Assembly (NCBI GenBank): GCA_031411295.1
Contig: JANOAV010000087.1
Span: 96,001-160,000 of the forward strand
Length of the DNA stretch: 64,000 bases
Source of the DNA: Verrucomicrobiales bacterium
GTDB taxonomy: Bacteria; Verrucomicrobiota; Verrucomicrobiia; Verrucomicrobiales; V1-33
Reading direction: 5' to 3'
Positions 58,299 through 64,000 of the stretch are shown here, piece by piece. A model generated the notes under the pieces. The model saw only the letters and a program-made list of their open reading frames with translations, searched no databases and was not told the origin of the DNA. Every line of letters starts with the position of its first letter. The stretch's first letter is position 1. The position numbers and the translations under genes are program-made.

Positions 58299-59945
58299 CT
58301 ACTTCGTTTGCACAGCACTGGTCCGACCGTTATTGTTGCGGTTCACGTCCGTGACGCCTTGAGGGGTGGTAAGTTGGCTTTGGAACTGCACTCCGCCCGT
58401 CAGGTCGTAGCCGCTCAGTGGCACCCGGACCACGGTTTCTTGATTGGGCTGGATGATTGGCAAGGTCCAGCTTTGGGTATCCCCACCGGTATTCGTATTG
58501 AGCTGATAATTAAAAAGCGCGGTGGTGCCCTGGTTCTGCACCACATAATTCATGGAGGCACCGTTGGGATCGTTTGGATTGTAGTAATGGCTGGCCACGG
58601 CGGCGTCCGTGAGATTCGGCGTGTTGCGGTTATTGACCCGGCTAACATTGACCAGGCCGTAGCCGAAGTCGGCATCCACCCCAGGCGCGCCGGCATCATT
58701 GGCGTAAGTTTGCAAGAGTCCCACGGCATCCGTGGCGCTCATCCCAGGATTGAGGGACATCACACTGGCAATGGATCCAGCCACAAATGGAGCCGCGGCG
58801 GAGGTGCCAGAGAATGCGATCTGCTCTCCGCCCACGTTCGTTGCTTGCACTTCCAAGCCAGGGGCGCTGAGCCCATATTGCGTGGTGGAATTTGAGAAAC
58901 TAACCACTTGGCCGTAGGCATCCACTGCGCTCACCGCCACCACTCCGTCATAGCGGGCGGGATAGGTGGGATTAGCGTAGGCGTCATTTCCCGCCGAGGC
59001 CACGATGACGGCTCCGTGTTCGTTGGAATAGATCACCGATTGGGAAAGCACGTCGCTATCGCCATAGGAACCGAGACTGATATTCAGCACTTTGGCCCCT
59101 TGATCGACCGCTTTACGAATGCCCTGCGCTAACGTAAAGGAATCACTGAGCCCGTCTGCCGCCACCACGCCAAGGCTGAGCACCGTGCTGCCCGGAGCCA
59201 CGCCATTGGCGCCCGCAGCAATCGAAGCCACGGCCGTTCCGTGGCTGAAATCCGTGGTGACGTCCTTCACTAAATTTTGGTTGTTCAGGCGATTTCCGAA
59301 CACTGTTTCTCCAGAAACGGGGCTATCCAGCACGGCTATCTTAATGCCCTGTCCCCAGGTCGTATTGTCTTTCACGCCGATAAATCCCAACCCAGAGCCG
59401 CTGAACGGAACATCCGAGGAAGCGGAGCGATCAGCCGGCACTGGTGGTGGAGTTACCGTATAGTTGGGGTCGATACTCGCCCCGTTATTGGGGTGGGAAG
59501 CGATGTATTTCCGCAGCGATGCCGGATCTTCATAACCCAGACGGACCGCCAGCATGTCGTCATTCTTGTCCTTGATCTTCAGACCGGCGGCTTCGGCTTC
59601 CTTGAGGAATTTGTCATAGGCGGCCTTGTCCTTGAAGCTGAAAATGGCCTCATTCGGAATCGCGTCGCGCCCTTTCATTTTGGCTTCGAACTCCGCGAGT
59701 TGGCGGATGGCTTCCATGAGCCATTTACTCAGCGTGGGATCCCCGGAACTGGCGGCAACGGGGGCGGCCTTCTCTTTCTCATCACTGGGGCCGCCAGCTT
59801 TCTGGTTTGCAGAGGAACTGGATGCAGCGGATGACTGCGGATGATTCCACGGCAGGTCAAATTTCAACCCACCCAATAAAAAGAATCCCACAAGGCCTAG
59901 CAAGGCAGTGGTGGCAGCAACCAACAAGATGGGTTTCTCTTTCAT
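58299..59945 (-). CDS. S8 subtilisin-like serine protease, membrane-anchored, with C-terminal CARDB-like domain
   Basis: Triad motifs IAVLDS, HGTAVASIAAG and SGTSAAAPFVAG; oxyanion ASAGND. The start may be 59972. Confidence 0.92.
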   Translation of the reverse strand: MKEKPILLVAATTALLGLVGFFLLGGLKFDLPWNHPQSSAASSSSANQKAGGPSDEKEKAAPVAASSGDPTLSKWLMEAIRQLAEFEAKMKGRDAIPNEAIFSFKDKAAYDKFLKEAEAAGLKIKDKNDDMLAVRLGYEDPASLRKYIASHPNNGASIDPNYTVTPPPVPADRSASSDVPFSGSGLGFIGVKDNTTWGQGIKIAVLDSPVSGETVFGNRLNNQNLVKDVTTDFSHGTAVASIAAGANGVAPGSTVLSLGVVAADGLSDSFTLAQGIRKAVDQGAKVLNISLGSYGDSDVLSQSVIYSNEHGAVIVASAGNDAYANPTYPARYDGVVAVSAVDAYGQVVSFSNSTTQYGLSAPGLEVQATNVGGEQIAFSGTSAAAPFVAGSIASVMSLNPGMSATDAVGLLQTYANDAGAPGVDADFGYGLVNVSRVNNRNTPNLTDAAVASHYYNPNDPNGASMNYVVQNQGTTALFNYQLNTNTGGDTQSWTLPIIQPNQETVVRVPLSGYDLTGGVQFQSQLTTPQGVTDVNRNNNGRTSAVQTK

Positions 59946-60041
59946 CGGGGGAGTATGGGGGCGGAACGACAAAACATCAACCCCTCAGATAGGACATCGT
60001 TGCAGGGGAATTTGTTCATGGGAACAATGGGTAAACCGCAG

Positions 60042-61250
60042 TCAGGCCGGACGATGCTTTACCGTCCAGCGTCGGCGTAGTGCGACGCAGAGTTTAACTA
60101 AGGTGCCAACCACGAGTAGCGAAAGCAATGCCACCACTCCCCACAGCACTGGGTAGTCCTCGAAGGCAAATTTGACGCGACGTTTCCATCTGGAGCGTGC
60201 GTCATTTGCCCCCAAGTGGATTTCGTTCCACCGGGATGAGGAATATGGATACCGACTCATTTCCAGAAATTGCTGTTCGTAATAGGGCACGAAGTGGCGC
60301 AGCACGTCTTCCGGTTTCTCAGCCAACCATTGATTCGCCATGCTCAAAATCCTCGGATCAAAATTACTGCATACAGCGCTAAGCGCGCCTGAGCTATGAG
60401 ACCGATCGTGGCCATACGAAGGCCGCCAGAAGTGCTCTTTGAATAATTTCAACAGTAACTGGATGCATCGCTCCCGCTCCTCAGCTGAAACCTGATTACT
60501 CAAGCGGTTGAGGTAAAGTCCGATGTGCGACATGTATTTCCGCCTAACATCGGGATTCAAAGTCTTGGCAGCAGCCAGTTCCCGCAGGATCGGAAGTGCG
60601 GCCACCCCATGTTGATCAAGCTTGCTGTAAACGAAGTAATCTAGCGTGCCACGGGGATCACACCAACCACTGCTGGCCCACAGCGTGAGATGCTCCCGCA
60701 TGGCCAGTTCCTTCGCGTCCGTGACCGCTGGTGGAAGGTTGACCTGTTCTACCTCATAGGCGGATCGCAGTTTATTCGCCAGCACGTGCCTTTCCGTAGG
60801 CTTAAGCAGGCGCTGCAGAGCATCCAAATTGGCCTCGTGCAGGTTTTCCTCAGGCAAATAGATCCGCAGTTTTCTCAAGCAAATGCGCATCAATGTGAGT
60901 TCCCCCGGCGGCCATTCATCTGCCGTGCTAGCTTGCCATGAATCCGGCCATGGCTGTTGCAACAGCATCAGGATGAGCTGATTCCGGAAAGGGGATTCCC
61001 GCTCTGATAGCAGGGCATCGCTGATCGCGGCATGATAGGCGGGTGCAGTCCAGAGAGAGGTGATGAGATCCACCCGTCGACGGAGGAAGCACCTTTCGGT
61101 CAGGCTGAACACTCCCCCTGATGAATAATCCCGCACCATCAATTGCTGAAATTCCTCGGGAGTGATGGTTTCCAACGCTTGGCCTGGAGCGAAGCTGAAC
61201 GGGAAGAGCAGCAAAGCGATCCAACCAGCACTGAGAAATAGCAGTTTCAT
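60042..61250 (-). CDS. Hypothetical protein with signal peptide and C-terminal TM anchor
   Basis: MKLLFLSAGWIALLLFPFSFA signal; C-terminal LWGVVALLSLLVVGTLV followed by a basic tail. Confidence 0.65.
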   Translation of the reverse strand: MKLLFLSAGWIALLLFPFSFAPGQALETITPEEFQQLMVRDYSSGGVFSLTERCFLRRRVDLITSLWTAPAYHAAISDALLSERESPFRNQLILMLLQQPWPDSWQASTADEWPPGELTLMRICLRKLRIYLPEENLHEANLDALQRLLKPTERHVLANKLRSAYEVEQVNLPPAVTDAKELAMREHLTLWASSGWCDPRGTLDYFVYSKLDQHGVAALPILRELAAAKTLNPDVRRKYMSHIGLYLNRLSNQVSAEERERCIQLLLKLFKEHFWRPSYGHDRSHSSGALSAVCSNFDPRILSMANQWLAEKPEDVLRHFVPYYEQQFLEMSRYPYSSSRWNEIHLGANDARSRWKRRVKFAFEDYPVLWGVVALLSLLVVGTLVKLCVALRRRWTVKHRPA

Positions 61251-61315
61251 TCGGAGTGTATCCTACAGGGTCAATTCGCGAATGGCTAGGGGATTTTGCC
61301 GCCGCGCGCTGACAG

Positions 61316-62707
61316 TCACCCAACATGCGCCCTCAGCCGCGCCAAGGTTCCAGCCGCCGTCCTCGCAAAGCCTCGGAATTCCTCGGACAGCCTCGCCTCT
61401 CCAGCCACGCGGTCCCAAAACGTAGTCGCCCAGTCCGCGGCGGCCCGCCACGGATCCAAAGCAGCCGGCAATGGAGGTGCAGGCTCGTAGGTGCGCGGCA
61501 CCATTTCCCCCTGCAAGCCAGGAGCCCAGAGCATGGGCAGCATGTCATACGCCGGAGCCACGCGGAAGGGCAGGGTGTCGGCCAGCCAGAAGGAAAGATT
61601 CCCTGCGTGCATGTCGGAATTGCCGATCAGCTCACCAAAGGCATGCAACCGCTGCACCGTGGCCACGGCTGCGGCATCGATGAGTCCTTCCCGCTGGAGT
61701 TCCTCCGCAGCCTGCGGCCAGCCGCCTCCGTCAAAGCCAATCGCGCTGGCGTGCAGTGATTCCAGTGAGACCACCCCGAGCCGACCTCCCGCGCCCACGC
61801 GATCGAATCTGGGCACCTCCAGGAAACGTCGCCCGGCCGCATCCAGAATCCGCGCGCCCGGAGTGGCCAGGCCACACGCCGCCAACACTTGATGGGCATG
61901 GTATTCGCACAGCAGCAAGTCCGCCCAGCGTTGGCCGGTCGGTTGATCCATGGGAGCGGTAAATTTCACTAACACCGGATGGTAAGCCCCCGCCGCGTCC
62001 TGCAGGCTGGTGAGGAATTTCGGCTGCTCGCCCCCGGCGGACGTTCCGGGTAGGGAGTTGGCCGCTTGTTGCGCCATGGCAGGATAGCGCGCGGAGCGAT
62101 CCGCTTCTTGAATGACGTTTTCCGCCGCCGGGAAGACCGCCCGTGCCAGCGCCCGCCGCAGACACTCGTCTCCCACGACGTGATTTCCGGGGAGATCTTC
62201 ACTCGCAGCTTGCAGATAGATCAGGGTGTGGTCATCGCTCCAAGTCCGCGGATCTTCCGGCAATGCCAGCGCCCGGGAAATCTGCCGCGCAATCGCCCGC
62301 CCCAAGAACCCCTGCGGACGCACCCCTCCAAGGAAAAATGGGAACCCTTCCCACAGGCCCTCCGGATCTGAGAAATGATGCGCCCAAGCAGGCGGTTCGC
62401 CCGACCAACGAATGCGCCAACGACGTTCGTGCAGCGATTCCAACTCGGCCCACGGTCGTGCGCGCCCCATGTCGTCCAAGACATAAATCGGCCAGCGGTT
62501 ACCAGCATTGCGGATCGACCGCCGCAGCGCATAGCGCGTCCGCCGCGTTGCGCCCATGGAGACCACTTCATCCCCCATGTCTGCCAATCCCCGAACAATC
62601 GTAGTCCGGTTCACCCGCAAGCGAGCGGCCATATCGACCGCAGCAACGGGCCCCAGCATCATGAGTGGTGCTAGGTTTGCGCGGGTAATCTGTGGGGGGC
62701 GAGCCAT
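61316..62707 (-). CDS. yjjJ: HipA-family kinase toxin YjjJ-like (N-terminal HTH)
   Basis: RPQGFLGR, TSAGGEQPKF, LVKFT, W.DLL..E, RFDRVG..GR, LIGNSDMHAGNLSF, APAYDMLPM. Confidence 0.88.
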   Translation of the reverse strand: MARPPQITRANLAPLMMLGPVAAVDMAARLRVNRTTIVRGLADMGDEVVSMGATRRTRYALRRSIRNAGNRWPIYVLDDMGRARPWAELESLHERRWRIRWSGEPPAWAHHFSDPEGLWEGFPFFLGGVRPQGFLGRAIARQISRALALPEDPRTWSDDHTLIYLQAASEDLPGNHVVGDECLRRALARAVFPAAENVIQEADRSARYPAMAQQAANSLPGTSAGGEQPKFLTSLQDAAGAYHPVLVKFTAPMDQPTGQRWADLLLCEYHAHQVLAACGLATPGARILDAAGRRFLEVPRFDRVGAGGRLGVVSLESLHASAIGFDGGGWPQAAEELQREGLIDAAAVATVQRLHAFGELIGNSDMHAGNLSFWLADTLPFRVAPAYDMLPMLWAPGLQGEMVPRTYEPAPPLPAALDPWRAAADWATTFWDRVAGEARLSEEFRGFARTAAGTLARLRAHVG

Positions 62708-62828
62708 TTATCTGATAATTATGCATCAAAATATCATCAAAGCAAATCATTTTTAATCCTATATAACCAAGGAGTTACACTGATTTATATGAAAACTACG
62801 CCTCATTATTATGTGGAAATTCACCCAC

Positions 62829-63605
62829 CTACCCGCGCGCCACACAGAGTGCCGCCACCAGGACTGCTCCGCCTTGTTGTTTCAGCACCTCCGCGCATTC
62901 GTGAGCCGTGGCCCCGGTCGTTAGCACGTCATCGATCAGTAAAACCGCCTTCCCTTGGAACCATTGCTCCTTTCGCGCTGGGCGACTCAGCGCAATGGCT
63001 CCACGGAGATTTTCCAGCCGCCCCTCCCGATCCAAGTGCGCCTGCCCCGTGGTGTAACGCGTTCGTTTGAGCCCATGGTGGAGGGGAAATCCCGTCGCTT
63101 CATGCAACTGTTGCGCCAGCTCCAGAGATTGATTGAAGCCCCGCTCACGGAATCGCACGGCGTGCAGCGGCACCGGGACAATCACCCAATCTTGACGGGC
63201 CAGCAGCCGTGGTTCCGTCATGGCATCGGCCAACAGCGAACCCAGCGCCAGTTTCAAATGCAGTTGCTGGTTGTATTTGAACTCGTGAATCAAATCCCGC
63301 ACCGGCCCAGCGGATTCGTAGGGTGCGAAGGCGAAATCAAATGCCAGTTTCCGATCGACACAATTGGCGCAGAGGAAGTCCGGATTCATTTCCCCGGCAA
63401 AAGGTTCCGCACAGAGCCGACAATACGGAGCGGCCACCGGCGTGAGCCGATCATAGCAACGATGGCACAGCCTGCCACCGGCCACATAAGGCCCTTGCGG
63501 TCGGCGGCAGTGATCGCATTGCGGTGGAAACAGCAAATCCCGCATGGCCGCACCCCAGGGTCGGGCGGCATCCATGAATTTACCGAACCGCAGCGCGCGC
63601 ATCAT
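62829..63605 (-). CDS. comF: ComF family protein (double zinc ribbon + PRTase)
   Basis: LLFPPQCDHC, four CxxC pairs, PVPLH..R.RERGFNQS, LLIDDVLTTGAT. The ATG at 63605 overlaps the upstream stop; 63575 is an alternative start. Confidence 0.92.
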   Translation of the reverse strand: MMRALRFGKFMDAARPWGAAMRDLLFPPQCDHCRRPQGPYVAGGRLCHRCYDRLTPVAAPYCRLCAEPFAGEMNPDFLCANCVDRKLAFDFAFAPYESAGPVRDLIHEFKYNQQLHLKLALGSLLADAMTEPRLLARQDWVIVPVPLHAVRFRERGFNQSLELAQQLHEATGFPLHHGLKRTRYTTGQAHLDREGRLENLRGAIALSRPARKEQWFQGKAVLLIDDVLTTGATAHECAEVLKQQGGAVLVAALCVARG

Positions 63606-64000
63606 TTTTCCTTTGGTAAATGGCGCAGACCAAACTCCCGCAGGATGAGCCAGCCGAGCATGATCAAGCCGGTAAATAACAACACGATCAACGGCGTAGC
63701 GCCAATCCGTAAATCCTCGCCAATCCAGGGCAGATACGCCTGCTTGTTTACCCCCTTGGGCGTGCGCGTCAGGCCGGCAAATAATTTGATCCCAAAGACC
63801 CACCCGGCGTGCATCCCGATGGACAGCCAGAGCGACTTGGTGCGCCAGCGCGCCCACCCCAGAATCAGTCCCACCGCAAACAACGTGGCTCCTTGGGCAA
63901 TCAGGAAATTCGCGTTGCCGAATTTGCTAAAAATTTGCCCCACCATCCAAAATCCCGTGCCCGCCTCCACCGCATTGTCCGCCACTACAATCTCATCCGG
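63602..64000 (-). CDS. CPBP (CAAX/Abi) intramembrane metalloprotease, C-terminal part (partial)
   Basis: LF.VGLILGWARWRTKSLWLSIGMHAGW motif. Confidence 0.8.
   Translation of the reverse strand, partial: PDEIVVADNAVEAGTGFWMVGQIFSKFGNANFLIAQGATLFAVGLILGWARWRTKSLWLSIGMHAGWVFGIKLFAGLTRTPKGVNKQAYLPWIGEDLRIGATPLIVLLFTGLIMLGWLILREFGLRHLPKEK

Overview
This is a 64-kb bacterial chromosomal window. The RpoC sequence and lineage-typical secreted proteins suggest Verrucomicrobiota (inference). It opens with the 3' part of rpoC. A ~10.8-kb integrase-less defence island follows, encoding a PLD-SNF2 helicase, an Eco57I/type IIG-like N6-adenine MTase, an AAA_21 ATPase with a DUF4276/TOPRIM-like partner, a YwgA/Panacea-like protein and a DUF3293-SLOG fusion. 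The island is bracketed by a ~350-bp direct repeat made of the last 89 codons of rpoC plus its terminator; the two coding copies differ at 7 positions, all synonymous. Housekeeping and accessory genes follow: aroK, birA, a sensor-less histidine kinase, recO, a SWIM-SNF2 helicase, BlaI plus a frameshifted BlaR1/M56-SLBB fusion, hrpB, amino-sugar enzymes, two giant secreted multidomain proteins, deoC, a 2-oxoacid dehydrogenase E2, an ECF sigma factor and nagB. Next is a glycosyltransferase locus whose lead gene, a Tat-like secreted protein, is out of frame at a G9 tract. The window ends with an S8 protease, a YjjJ/HipA kinase, comF and a partial CPBP protease. I saw no rRNA, canonical tRNA, CRISPR array, transposase or integrase. 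All assignments come from reading motifs by eye; no searches were run.
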